Made by a program: the position numbers and the translations under genes
The notes under the pieces: generated by a model
Told to the model about the DNA's origin: nothing
What the model saw: only the letters and a program-made list of their open reading frames with translations
The model's database searches: none
Shown: one piece after another, positions 49,300-59,817 of the stretch
Numbering within the stretch: the stretch's first letter is position 1
Layout of the letters: every line of letters starts with the position of its first letter
Source of the DNA: Polyangiales bacterium
Lineage (GTDB): Bacteria > Myxococcota_A > Polyangia > Polyangiales > Ga0077539
Length of the DNA stretch: 64,000 nt
Reading direction: 5' to 3'
Assembly: GCA_044229975.1 (NCBI GenBank)
Contig: JBGARZ010000001.1
Coordinates: 416,001 to 480,000, forward strand

Positions 49300-50105
49300 G
49301 GCCCCGCCCCCCGCACCGAGTACCCGACGAGCACCAGCACCGCGGTGGCGTAGCCCACGATGGTCCCGATGGCCGCGCGCCGCCCGCGCCAGCCCGCGAC
49401 CACCCGCAGCACCAGCACCGCCGCGAAGATGGCCCACACGGCGAGCGCGAGATAGTGGCGCCACGACAGGATGGAAACGCCCCGCCCCACCGCCTCTTGC
49501 AGCCCCGCGAAGATGCCCGTCGCGATGCCCAGCGTGAGCGGCGCGAGGCCCAGCACGATGCTGCGGAAGCTCGCCACGTCGAGCACCTCCAACGGAGGCA
49601 ACCGCAAGAACATCCCCCGCAGCCGCTTCTGCCTCACCTCGCGCTCTTGAAGGAGGTAGGCCGCCGCGAGCGCGAAGGCCACGGTGAACGCCGCCGTCCC
49701 CAGGATGGTCGACCCCACGTGCAACCCGAGCAGCGCCCCGCTGAGCGGCATCGTGGGCCGCGCGTTGACCCCGAGGGACGCCAGCAGCATGAGCAGCGCG
49801 AGCGGCGACACGAAGGCCCCGAGCGCGTCGAGTCGACGACCCAACCAGCGCAACCCGAAGGCCACGGCCGCGACCAGCAGCGCCAGGGTCGAGAGCCCTT
49901 CATGCAGCCCCGCGAAGGGACCGTGCCCGCTCGCCACCCAGCGCCCGATGTCATGCGCGAGGTGCGTCGCGACCGCCCCGCCCAACGCCAGCGTCGCGAC
50001 CTGTTGCGAGCGCTGCGCCGACCCGACGCCCACGAGGTGGGCGAGCATCAGCACGGCCGCGATGAGGTAGAGCAGCGCCGCCGCCGCGAAGAGACCGACC
50101 AGCAT
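49296..50105 (-). CDS. Cytochrome c assembly protein (CcsA/HemX-like)
   Basis: About 8 TM; LHV...YLLQER...LPPLEVLD, GWRGRRAA; upstream of hemA. Confidence 0.85.
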   Translation of the reverse strand: MLVGLFAAAALLYLIAAVLMLAHLVGVGSAQRSQQVATLALGGAVATHLAHDIGRWVASGHGPFAGLHEGLSTLALLVAAVAFGLRWLGRRLDALGAFVSPLALLMLLASLGVNARPTMPLSGALLGLHVGSTILGTAAFTVAFALAAAYLLQEREVRQKRLRGMFLRLPPLEVLDVASFRSIVLGLAPLTLGIATGIFAGLQEAVGRGVSILSWRHYLALAVWAIFAAVLVLRVVAGWRGRRAAIGTIVGYATAVLVLVGYSVRGAGP

Positions 50106-50111
50106 GAACCG

Positions 50112-50546
50112 CTACTTCACGTTGTTGAGGAAGAAGGCCTGGAGCGCGACGATGGTCTGCCGCTGCTGCTTCTGGGCCTCGGGCGGGGGCTTCGCCTCGG
50201 CCTCGGGGATGGTGATCTCCTTGGTGTGCTCGCTCACGCCGCTCGCGGGCATCGGGCGGCCGACGAAGCCCTGCTGCACCTCGTAGGCGAGCTCGCCCAG
50301 CACCACCGAGTCGGACATGTGCTCGCCCCCCATGGCCGCGAGCTGCTCCATGTCCTTCACGCAGCCGACGAGCGAGGTCGCGTCTTCGCCCCCGGAGACC
50401 TCGGACAGGAAGCGCAGACCCTCGCGGAGCTGAAACCGGCGGTTGCCGACCTTGTCGGTGAGCACGTCACCCTGGATGTCGGCGCGGCCCTCGCTGATCC
50501 AGGCGTCGAGGGACTCCTGCGAGAGGAAGAGTCGGCTGGGGTTCAT
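50112..50546 (-). CDS. Hypothetical protein
   Basis: Clean ORF with GC3-rich codons, co-oriented between pdhC and the hem genes. Confidence 0.75.
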   Translation of the reverse strand: MNPSRLFLSQESLDAWISEGRADIQGDVLTDKVGNRRFQLREGLRFLSEVSGGEDATSLVGCVKDMEQLAAMGGEHMSDSVVLGELAYEVQQGFVGRPMPASGVSEHTKEITIPEAEAKPPPEAQKQQRQTIVALQAFFLNNVK

Positions 50547-50590
50547 GGGGTTCGACGATACTCCTCACGCGCCCGGCGGGCACGCGACGA

Positions 50591-51982
50591 CTACAGCAGG
50601 ATGCGCACGGGGTTTTCGACGAGGCCACGCAGCGCCAGCAGCCACTTCGCGCCGAGGGCTCCGTCGACCACGCGGTGGTCGCACGACAGCGTGACCGCGC
50701 AGCGCTTGCCCGGCACCACCGCCCCGCCCTTCACCACCGGCACGTCGCGCACCGCGCCCACCGCGAGGATCATGCTCTCTGGCGGATTGATCACCGCCGC
50801 GAAGCGGTCGATCTGGAACATCCCGAGGTTGGACAGCGAGAACGTTCCGCCGGTCATCTCTTCGGGCGTCAGCTTGCGGGCGCGGGCCTTGGCGACGAGC
50901 TCCTTGGTGGCCTTCGCGATGGCCCCGAGGGAGAGCTTGTCAGCATCGCGCAGCACCGGCGTGAGGAGCCCGTCCTCGATGCTCACGGCCACCGAGACGT
51001 CGGCGCGGTCGTACTGCACGATCTGCCCGTCGACCCACGACGAGTTGGCCTCGGGCACCGCGCGCAGCGCCAGCGCGCACGCTCGCAGGAGCAGGTCGTT
51101 GACGGACACCTTGGTCTCCGGCGTCGCCCCCTGGTTGGCCTGCTCGCGCAGCGCCACGAGCGCCTCCACGTCCAGGTCGGCCTCCAGGTAGAAGTGCGGA
51201 ACCGTCTGCTTGGACTCCACCAGCCGCCGCGCGATGACCTTGCGCATCGACGACGCCGCCCGCGCCTTGTCGCCGGGCTTGAGCGCCAATGGCTTCGGCG
51301 CGCCGCGCGTCGCGAGGTCACCCTCCGTCACGCGACCGTGTTCACCCGAGCCGGGCACCGAGCCGAGGTCGACCGAGCGCTCCCTCGCGATGCGCCGAAC
51401 GCGCGGCGTGCTCGGCGTCAGGATCGCTCCCGCCACCCCGCGCTCGCCCTTCACCGCCGAGGCACCCGGGCCGTCGGCCGCGCGCACGGACGGCGGTCGC
51501 GTGGGCTTCTCGCTCCTGGGCACCACGGCCTCGATCTCGGCCCCCGTCGGCGCCACGGTCACCGCGGCAGAGCGCGCCGCGTCGGCGTCCAGCTTCGTGG
51601 GCTCGTCGGGTTCTGCCGGAGCTTCGGTCTTCGCCGCGGTCTCCGTCCTGGCGGGCGCCGCGGTTTCCGCCTTCGCGGGCACCGCAGTGTCCGCCTTCGC
51701 GGGCGCTACGCCCAGCTTCGCGAGCACGGCGCTGATGTCCTCGCCGGGCTCACCGAAGATCGCCACGGGCTGACCCAGCTTCGCGACGGCGCCCTCCTCG
51801 ACGAGGCGCTTGAGCAGCGTGCCCTTGTCGAAGCTGCGAAACTCCATGGTCGCCTTGTCGGTCTCGACTTCGGCCAGCAGGTCGTCGACGCCGACCGCGT
51901 CGCCCTCCTTGCGCGACCAGCGCACGAGCGTTCCCTCCTCCATGGTCGGGGAGAGCTTGGGGAGTTCGATGATCTTCGCCAC
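50591..51982 (-). CDS. pdhC: Pyruvate dehydrogenase E2
   Basis: Lipoyl domain ETDKAT, E3-binding GSGEHGRV, SNLGM, DHRVVDG. Confidence 0.96.
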   Translation of the reverse strand: MAKIIELPKLSPTMEEGTLVRWSRKEGDAVGVDDLLAEVETDKATMEFRSFDKGTLLKRLVEEGAVAKLGQPVAIFGEPGEDISAVLAKLGVAPAKADTAVPAKAETAAPARTETAAKTEAPAEPDEPTKLDADAARSAAVTVAPTGAEIEAVVPRSEKPTRPPSVRAADGPGASAVKGERGVAGAILTPSTPRVRRIARERSVDLGSVPGSGEHGRVTEGDLATRGAPKPLALKPGDKARAASSMRKVIARRLVESKQTVPHFYLEADLDVEALVALREQANQGATPETKVSVNDLLLRACALALRAVPEANSSWVDGQIVQYDRADVSVAVSIEDGLLTPVLRDADKLSLGAIAKATKELVAKARARKLTPEEMTGGTFSLSNLGMFQIDRFAAVINPPESMILAVGAVRDVPVVKGGAVVPGKRCAVTLSCDHRVVDGALGAKWLLALRGLVENPVRILL

Positions 51983-51997
51983 GGTGGACTCCTGCGC

Positions 51998-52967
51998 TTA
52001 CCAGGCGAGCACCGCGCGCACGCCGCGCACGACGGTGTCCACCGACGGAATGGTCAACTCTTCGAGGTGCTTGTTGTAGGGCATCGATGCGTCGCGCCCG
52101 GTGACCCGCAGCACGGGGCCCTTGAGCGCGCCGAAGGCTTCGCGCTGGATGCGGTCGACCACCTCGGCGCCAACACCGCCGTACGGCCACGCCTCCTGCA
52201 CCACCAGCGCGCGACCGGTCTGCTCCACGCTCGCGATGACGGGACCCATGTCCAGCGGACGCAAGCTACGCAGGTCGACGACCGCGCACTCGACGCCCTC
52301 CTTCGCGAGCTGCTCGCACGCCGGCAGCACCATGTGGAGCATCTTCCCCCATGTCACGATGGTCACCGCGTCGCCGTCGCGCCGCTTCTCGCTCACGCCG
52401 ATGGGCACGAGGTGGTCGCCGTCGGGCACTTCCCCCTTGATGCCGTAGAGCCGCTCGTCTTCGAGGATGAGCACCGGGTTGTCGTCGCGGATGGCGCTCT
52501 TCAGGAGCCCCTTCGCGTCGGCCACGGTCGCGGGCGCCACCACCTTCAGCCCCGGGATGTGCGTGTAGAAGGCCTCGAAGCACTGCGAGTGCTGCGCCCC
52601 GGTCTGTCGCGCGGCGCCGTTGGGCCCGCGGAAGACGATGGGGCACCCGAACTGCCCGCCGGACATCTGCCGGATCTTCGCCGCGTGGTTGAGGATCTGA
52701 TCGAAGGCGACGGCGGAGAAGTTCCAGGTCATGAACTCGATGATGGGTCGCAGGCCCATCATGGCGGCGCCGACGCCCACGCCCGCGAAGCCCTCTTCGG
52801 TGATGGGGGTGTCCACCACGCGACGCGTGCCGAAGCGCTCCAGCAAGCCCTCGGTGACCTTGTACGCGCCCTGGTAGTACCCGACCTCCTCGCCCATCAG
52901 GAACACGCGCTCGTCGCGCTCCATCTCCTCGGCGATGGCCTCTCGCAGGGCCTCTCGGTAGCGCAGT

Positions 52968-52975
<8 letters not shown>
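51998..52975 (-). CDS. pdhB: Pyruvate dehydrogenase E1 beta
   Basis: MGEEVG, DTPITE, FRGPNG, QHSQ, DLRSLRPLD. Confidence 0.96.
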
Positions 52976-53930
<955 letters not shown>

Positions 53931-54055
53931 CGTTCCCCTTCCGGAGGGAGGCAGCGCGCCTTTGGGCGGACCACACGGCCCGCCCGGCGGTCGCGAGCAT
54001 AGGGAAAGCGATGATGGTTGGGAAGGCGTCGCTTCGTGCGGCGACGCCGTGAGGA

Positions 54056-55168
54056 TCAGAACATGCCGAAGCGGCCGCGCGGGCTCTCGTTGCGCGTGCG
54101 GATCACGCCACCGCCGCCCTGGCTGCGACCCGAGGCGAGCTCGTAGATCTTGTCGAGAGAGAACACGGTCTGGAGGTAGAAGCGCGTGTCCTGGTTGGGG
54201 GCGTACAGCGGGTTGCCGTAGGTGCCGTCCGCATCGAGGATGTTGCGGAACACCTGGTAGCCGACTTCGGCCGTGAACCAGGGGGTGACGATCCAGTCGA
54301 CCCACGCGGCGAAGATGGTGTTGTTGCGCACCGACGTCGGGTTGTTGCTCATGAGGCCGGAGCCCGCCGAGCCCGTGTACGGGAAGATGTGCTGCATCGA
54401 GAAGAAGACGCCGGGCGAGATGTGCTCCCAGCTCTGGGCCAGGATGAGCGCCCACGAGACCGTGTTGGCCGGGTTGAAGAGCCCCGAGAGCTGGTCGGAG
54501 CACGAGCCGCCGCCGGCCGAGCCGTAACACTGCCCGCGGTACGGAGTGGGGGTGCGGATGCCGGGCGTGGTGTTTTCGTAGAGCGGGTGCGTGAACGTGC
54601 CGTTGGCGATGATGTCGAGCTCGCCGCCGAGCACGTGCTCGATGCCGTACGCGGCCTGCACCACGACGCCCGGGGTGACGATCATCGTGCGGGCGCGCGA
54701 CTCGACGGACACCGGGAAGACGAGGCGCGGGGCGACCCAGAACTTCACCGCGCCGCCCACCGGGGGAATGCCGGTGATCCAGAGGTCGAGGTTCATGTCG
54801 CCGAAGCGCGGCTCGTTAAGCGTCGTGGTGTTGTCGGCGTTGGTGAACTCGTAGCTGAACGCGATGCCCGCGCGGAGCTGGAGCATGCGGTTGAAGGTCC
54901 AGCGCGGGCGGAGCGCGAGGGACATGTCGACCGTGCGGTTGGGCGTGAGCGTGATGCTCGGGTCGATGACCGAGAGCGACATGCCGACGGTGGCGAGGAG
55001 CTGCGTCTGACGCCACGGGAGCGGTGCCGGGCGAGCGGCCGCGGGCGCCGCGGCAGTGGCGGGAGCAGCAGCGGCGGGGGCCGGCGTGGTGGTCTGCGCG
55101 GCGGCGGCGGTCGTCGCCGACAAGCCCGCGAGCAGCGCGGCGGCCTGAACCATCTTCCTCATCGACAT
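54056..55168 (-). CDS. Exported protein, probable outer-membrane beta-barrel
   Basis: Signal peptide, Ala/Pro linker, alternating amphipathic strands rich in aromatics. Confidence 0.65.
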   Translation of the reverse strand: MSMRKMVQAAALLAGLSATTAAAAQTTTPAPAAAAPATAAAPAAARPAPLPWRQTQLLATVGMSLSVIDPSITLTPNRTVDMSLALRPRWTFNRMLQLRAGIAFSYEFTNADNTTTLNEPRFGDMNLDLWITGIPPVGGAVKFWVAPRLVFPVSVESRARTMIVTPGVVVQAAYGIEHVLGGELDIIANGTFTHPLYENTTPGIRTPTPYRGQCYGSAGGGSCSDQLSGLFNPANTVSWALILAQSWEHISPGVFFSMQHIFPYTGSAGSGLMSNNPTSVRNNTIFAAWVDWIVTPWFTAEVGYQVFRNILDADGTYGNPLYAPNQDTRFYLQTVFSLDKIYELASGRSQGGGGVIRTRNESPRGRFGMF

Positions 55169-55393
55169 CGGTCGGGCTCTCCACTGGGGCGACCGCTAGA
55201 GGGTCACCGGAACATTGAGGGTTGCGGACATCACCCGTCCGTGACCGCCTTGTCAACAGCGCTCACCAACGTTGAGAGCTGGTGTGTTCAAGAAACAGAC
55301 CGGACTGATTGTGCCGCGCGTCGACGGCCTTGGGCGCACGCCGTCAGCAAGCTAACGGTCGACCGCTAGTACCGCCGGGCCGCGAGGCCCTCA

Positions 55394-55415
55394 CGAATAC
55401 CCTGGCGGGTATTCG
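55394..55415. terminator. Hairpin after the small membrane-protein gene
   Basis: CGAATACCC-TGGC-GGGTATTCG, perfect 9-bp stem. Confidence 0.55.
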
Positions 55416-55418
55416 GAG

Positions 55419-55526
55419 TCAGCCGTCGCCGCCGCGGTCGTTGGGCGGGATCTTGTTGCCGAGATAGAAGAGCCCCCCGACGAGGAGGACCACGACGAGG
55501 AGGGCGAGCAGCTTGGGCCAGAGCAT
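55419..55526 (-). CDS. Small single-TM protein (35 aa), not in the ORF track
   Basis: MLWPKLLALLVVVLLVGGLFYLGNKIPPNDRGGDG; nearly all codons end in G/C. Confidence 0.65.
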   Translation of the reverse strand: MLWPKLLALLVVVLLVGGLFYLGNKIPPNDRGGDG

Positions 55527-55570
55527 GGTGTTGTGTCGGGGGGTGAGACGACGGCGCGAGCGGCGGGCGC

Positions 55571-56155
55571 TCAGCCGTTGGTGCGGGCCTTCAGGACGAG
55601 GAGCTGGAAGCCCGCGAAGCCCGACTGACCGCAGGTGTAGAGCACCTGGAAGATGGTGCGCGAGGGGATGCCCTGGTCGGCGATGATGGCGATCTCACCG
55701 CGGAAGGGCTGGCCCGCGCGCTCGGCGACGGTGCGCGCGAGCTGCACCTGGTCACGCATGGACTCGGCGAGCGGGTTGATCATCAGGCCGGTGCCGCCGC
55801 CGCGGATGAGCGACGGGTCGACCTGACCGTTGCGGAGCGAGGCGAGCACGTGACCGTTCACGGTGATGGACACGCGCGACACGATGACCTGGAGCGCCTG
55901 CGACGGAGAGGTGGAGACCGTGGAGTGCGGCAGCCGGAGGTCGTCGCTCTGCGGCACGTTGGCCGGCGACGACGACAGCGACTTGAGGAGAAACACCAGG
56001 ATGATGGTCATCATGTCCATCATCGCGACGATGTTGAGCTCCTCGGCCGTGTGCTCGACGCGGCGCGAGCGGGTCTTGCGCGCGATCTCGCGCTTGACGT
56101 GGAGGGCGCTGGCCTTGTGCGGAGCTGCTGCGGTGGCGGCGGGCTTGTCGCTCAT
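55571..56155 (-). CDS. ExbD/TolR-family protein (AglS-like paralog)
   Basis: ELNIVAMMDMMTIILVFLL with conserved Asp; IIAD. Confidence 0.88.
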   Translation of the reverse strand: MSDKPAATAAAPHKASALHVKREIARKTRSRRVEHTAEELNIVAMMDMMTIILVFLLKSLSSSPANVPQSDDLRLPHSTVSTSPSQALQVIVSRVSITVNGHVLASLRNGQVDPSLIRGGGTGLMINPLAESMRDQVQLARTVAERAGQPFRGEIAIIADQGIPSRTIFQVLYTCGQSGFAGFQLLVLKARTNG

Positions 56156-56157
56156 GG

Positions 56158-56787
56158 TCAGTTCCTCAAGATGCCGAGGGTGACCTCGGGGAAGAGGCAG
56201 TCGGCGTTGGTGTAGACGCCGGCCTGGTTGTTCTCCGGGAGGCGGCACGCGCCGGGGCGGGACTCGCGCACGGCGTCGATGGTCTTCACCAGCACGACGT
56301 ACGGGATGTCGCCGTTGGGCGAGACGTTGATGGTGTGGTCGTCGGCCACCTCGGTCGCCCACTGCTGCCGGATCGCCTGCATGCACTGGGTGAGGCCGGC
56401 GAAGTCCTGGAGCGCGCCGTCGGAGTCGGGCGTCGAGCGATTGGGCACCGTGGTCGTCGCCGCGCCCACGACGCGGCAGCCGGGCGAGAGGAAGCCGCCG
56501 CCGGCGCCGACGATGTAGCCGGCGGGGGTGACCTTCACGGTGATGTTGAGGCGCGGGTGCGTGTCGGGCGCCGCGTTGGTGCGCGGCCCGCTCGTGGGCG
56601 CCGGCACCGGGATGGTCGCCGTAAACACCGTCGCGATGCTCGCCAGGATGAACATCAGGACGTTCATGATGATGTCGAGGAACGGGATGATGTTGAGCTC
56701 GCCGTCGCCGTCCTCCGGCCCATGGTGCTTGGGCTTGGACTTGCGGCCGATGATGGCCCGCTGCGCCGCCGTGAACTTACCGCTCAT
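56158..56787 (-). CDS. ExbD/TolR-family protein (AglQ-like paralog)
   Basis: ELNIIPFLDIIMNVLMFIL; IPYVVLVKTIDAVR. Confidence 0.88.
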   Translation of the reverse strand: MSGKFTAAQRAIIGRKSKPKHHGPEDGDGELNIIPFLDIIMNVLMFILASIATVFTATIPVPAPTSGPRTNAAPDTHPRLNITVKVTPAGYIVGAGGGFLSPGCRVVGAATTTVPNRSTPDSDGALQDFAGLTQCMQAIRQQWATEVADDHTINVSPNGDIPYVVLVKTIDAVRESRPGACRLPENNQAGVYTNADCLFPEVTLGILRN

Positions 56788-56793
56788 CGGACG

Positions 56794-57495
56794 TCAGGCC
56801 TGCGTGCGGCCGGTCGTGAGCAGGTTGGTGAGCTTCGACGAGGTGAGCTCGATGTCGGCGAGGATCTTCTTCGCCTGACCGTTGATGAGCATGTGCGCGA
56901 CCATGCAGGTCACCGCGATGCCGAGGCCGAGGGCGGTGTTGTTCATGGCTTCAGAGATGCCGCGGGCGAGGAGCTGCTGACGGCGGCCGGGGTCGGCCAC
57001 GCGGTCGAGCGCGCTGAAGGTGTGGATGAGCCCGAGGATGGTGCCGAGCAGACCGAAGAGCGTCGCGATGTTGGCAAGCGACCAGAGCGCGCCGATGCGC
57101 TTCTGCACCTGGGGCTCGATGTCCATCACCTGCTCTTCGATGGCGACGACCACCGCCTCTTCGCCGCGGTTGACCTGCATGAGCCCGGCGCGAAACACGC
57201 GGAGGATGGGCACGTCGTCGGCTTCGCAAAGCTTGATCGCGCGGTCGATGTTGTTCGCCTGCACGAGCTTGCGCACCTGGGCCAGCAGCTCCTTGCTGTT
57301 CACCCGAAACTTCGACAGCAGGAAGATCACCCGCTCCGTGATCGTGGCGAGCACCACGATGGAGATGAAGATGTTCACGAAGAAGGGCCACCCCAGCTTC
57401 TCGTAGAGCCCCGCGAGGCCCACCGCTTCTCCAGCGGCGTGATCGCCGCCTGCCTGCTGAGCCATCAGTAGCAACTGCACCAGCGCCGATTGCAT
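56794..57495 (-). CDS. MotA/TolQ/ExbB proton-channel protein (AglR-like paralog)
   Basis: ATLFGLLGTILGLI, GISEAMNNTALGL. Confidence 0.92.
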   Translation of the reverse strand: MQSALVQLLLMAQQAGGDHAAGEAVGLAGLYEKLGWPFFVNIFISIVVLATITERVIFLLSKFRVNSKELLAQVRKLVQANNIDRAIKLCEADDVPILRVFRAGLMQVNRGEEAVVVAIEEQVMDIEPQVQKRIGALWSLANIATLFGLLGTILGLIHTFSALDRVADPGRRQQLLARGISEAMNNTALGLGIAVTCMVAHMLINGQAKKILADIELTSSKLTNLLTTGRTQA

Positions 57496-57687
57496 CGTCC
57501 TCTACGCTCCTCTGCTCCGTCCTACGAGCCGCTGTCTGTCTGCGGGCGACGTCGATGGGAAGCACCGTTGTCTCGACGTCATCGTCGCAACGCCCCTCAT
57601 CATCGACACCTTCGGCCGTGGCCTACAGAACCGGGTGTTCAGGAGCAATGGCCCTCGACCCGTGTTGCCCGCAAAGCAACGCGGCGG

Positions 57688-57717
57688 ACCGTAGCCTCAC
57701 GCCAAGAGGGATGTCAA
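57688..57717 (-). promoter_or_regulatory. Putative sigma70 promoter for the minus-strand motor triad
   Basis: TTGACA (57717-57712), 18-nt spacer, TACGGT. Confidence 0.45.
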
Positions 57718-57842
57718 CGACTCAAGCGCTCGCGCAGGGGGTCGGAACTTCCCATCGGGCGCGGTGTCCAAGCGCGACATGGGACCTGCCGACCACAGCC
57801 CATCGCTTCGGTCCGATGGTCACGCGGGCGTGGTCCGAACCG

Positions 57843-57870
57843 TTGACACCAGTAGACCCCCCGGTATCAT
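57843..57870 (+). promoter_or_regulatory. Putative sigma70 promoter for aglRQS
   Basis: TTGACA-N16-TATCAT. Confidence 0.6.
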
Positions 57871-58052
57871 CGCGACCCTTCGCGGAGGAGCGATTCTCGC
57901 ACCGACGCGAAATCATGTGGCACATGACTCGACCGGTCGTGTAGACACGCTCCGCACGACCGACCATGTCGGTTCACCGGATACAACCCCACCGCCGTCC
58001 CTGACCACCGAAGCAGGCACCCGGCATTCAACGTTCTGAGGAGGATTCTGCG

Positions 58053-58733
58053 ATGTTGCAAAGTCTGGGTACGCACTTCAAGGAAGGCGGCTGGGGCATG
58101 TGGCCGATCGTCTTCTGGGCGGTCTTCGTCATTGCCATCAGCGTCGAGCGATCGATGTACCTGTTCAAGTCGTCCATCAACAAGGACGCCTTCCTGTCCA
58201 ACATCCAGAAGTGCATCCTCGCGGGTGACGTCGGCCGCGCCATCAAGCTCTGCTCCAGCGCGCAGGCCCCCCTCGCTCGCATCGTCAAGGCCGGCCTGAT
58301 GAAGGTGAACCGCCCCGACGGCGAGGTGCAGGCCGCGATGGATGAGTCGGCCCTCCGCGAGCTGCCGAAGATCGAACACCGCACCGCGTACCTCGCGCTG
58401 CTCTCCAACCTCGCGATGCTCTCCGGCCTCCTCGGCACCATCACCGGCCTCATCGCGGCGTTCGGCGCCGTCGGTGGTCACAGCGGCGAAGGCGGCCCGA
58501 CGATCGACCCGGCCCGCAAGGCCGAGCTCCTCGCCGGCGGCATCTCCGAGGCGATGAACTGCACCGCGTTCGGTCTGATGATCGCCATCCTCGGCCTCAT
58601 CGCCTTCGCGCTCCTCAACGGCAAGACCCAGCAGATCGTCGACGACATCAACGAGTCCACCGTCCAGGTGCTCAACCTCGTGGTGAACAACCGCTCGAAG
58701 ATCAACGTGGGCTCCGGCCAGCAGGCCGCCTGA
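58053..58733 (+). CDS. aglR: Gliding motor subunit AglR (TolQ-like)
   Basis: WGMWPI, SINKDAFL, EVQAAMDE, GLLGT, GISEAMNCT, DINE: close to the recalled Myxococcus AglR. Confidence 0.8.
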   Translation: MLQSLGTHFKEGGWGMWPIVFWAVFVIAISVERSMYLFKSSINKDAFLSNIQKCILAGDVGRAIKLCSSAQAPLARIVKAGLMKVNRPDGEVQAAMDESALRELPKIEHRTAYLALLSNLAMLSGLLGTITGLIAAFGAVGGHSGEGGPTIDPARKAELLAGGISEAMNCTAFGLMIAILGLIAFALLNGKTQQIVDDINESTVQVLNLVVNNRSKINVGSGQQAA

Positions 58734-58768
58734 TCCTCCTCCACGGCCGACCGCAAGGAACGTAGACC

Positions 58769-59242
58769 ATGGGTGGCGTATCAGTCGATTCCGGCGGGAA
58801 GGGCGGCAAGAAGTCCGTCGACTCGCAGGTCAACATGGTCCCGATGATCGACCTGTTGATCTGCTGCATCGCGTTCCTCCTGATGACCGCGGTGTGGGTG
58901 CAGACCGGGGCGGTGCAGGCGAGCCAGCCTCGCGCGGCGCCGTCCCCCGACACGCCCCCCAACCCGGAGCAGCAGGACCAGCTCAAGATCCAGATCTCTC
59001 CGACGGGTCTCTCGGTCGGTGTCAACGCCGCGGACATGCGCCCCATCGGTCGCACGCCGCAGCGCTTCACCGAGTTGAAGACCATGTTGCAGGCCCGCCG
59101 TCAGGCCAACCAGCAGAACCGCGAGGTCTGGCTGCAGCCTGACGGGGCCGTCGACTACCAGGAGATCATCCGCGTCATGGACGTCGTCTACGAGGTCTAC
59201 GGCCACGCGGCTCGCAACGAAGTCACCATCCGCTTCCTCTGA
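58769..59242 (+). CDS. aglQ: Gliding motor subunit AglQ (TolR-like)
   Basis: GGKGGKKS...PMIDL...FLLMTAVW. Confidence 0.75.
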   Translation: MGGVSVDSGGKGGKKSVDSQVNMVPMIDLLICCIAFLLMTAVWVQTGAVQASQPRAAPSPDTPPNPEQQDQLKIQISPTGLSVGVNAADMRPIGRTPQRFTELKTMLQARRQANQQNREVWLQPDGAVDYQEIIRVMDVVYEVYGHAARNEVTIRFL

Positions 59243-59253
59243 AGGAATGACCG

Positions 59254-59799
59254 ATGCCAGTCTCCCAGCCAGGTAAGCGCCTCCTCCACCACATCCCGCT
59301 GAGGTTCGTGCAGAAGCGCGTCTCGGGCGGCGGCCACAAGGCCGTCACCGCGGACCTCAACCTCACCTCGATGATCGACTTCCTCGTCATCACCGTGGTG
59401 TTCCTCCTGTCGCAGTTCGGGTCGCAGCAGCAGGTGCAGTCCAGCGCCGGGCTCGAGATCCCCGAGATCCACAACGTCGACGCGCTCGCGAGCGCCCCCA
59501 TCGTCTCGATCTCGCAGCAGGCGATCATGATGGACGGCGAGCGCATCGTCTCGAACCCGTCGACTTTGGCGGGTTCCAACGACCGCATCGACCGCCTCTT
59601 CGAGCGCCTGGAGCAGGCCCATCGCCAGTTTCCGGTGCTGCACCCCGACCGGCAGTTCGAGGGAGACATCGTCTTCCAGATCGACCGTCGCATCCACTGG
59701 GACGTCGTGAAGTCCGTCGCCCGCACCTGCGCCGCCGCGGGCTACGTGCGGCTCAACTTCGCCGTCACCCAGGGCAACGCCAACGCCCCCGTGGAGTGA
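59254..59799 (+). CDS. aglS: Gliding motor subunit AglS (TolR-like)
   Basis: PGKR...ADLNLTSMIDFLVITVVFLL; third gene of the triad. Confidence 0.75.
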   Translation: MPVSQPGKRLLHHIPLRFVQKRVSGGGHKAVTADLNLTSMIDFLVITVVFLLSQFGSQQQVQSSAGLEIPEIHNVDALASAPIVSISQQAIMMDGERIVSNPSTLAGSNDRIDRLFERLEQAHRQFPVLHPDRQFEGDIVFQIDRRIHWDVVKSVARTCAAAGYVRLNFAVTQGNANAPVE

Positions 59800-59817
59800 G
59801 TCCGCGGACCCTCCCCG

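Noticed and set aside
57919..57935. Sigma54 promoter at TGGCAC
   Set aside because: No TTGC -12 element at the required spacing
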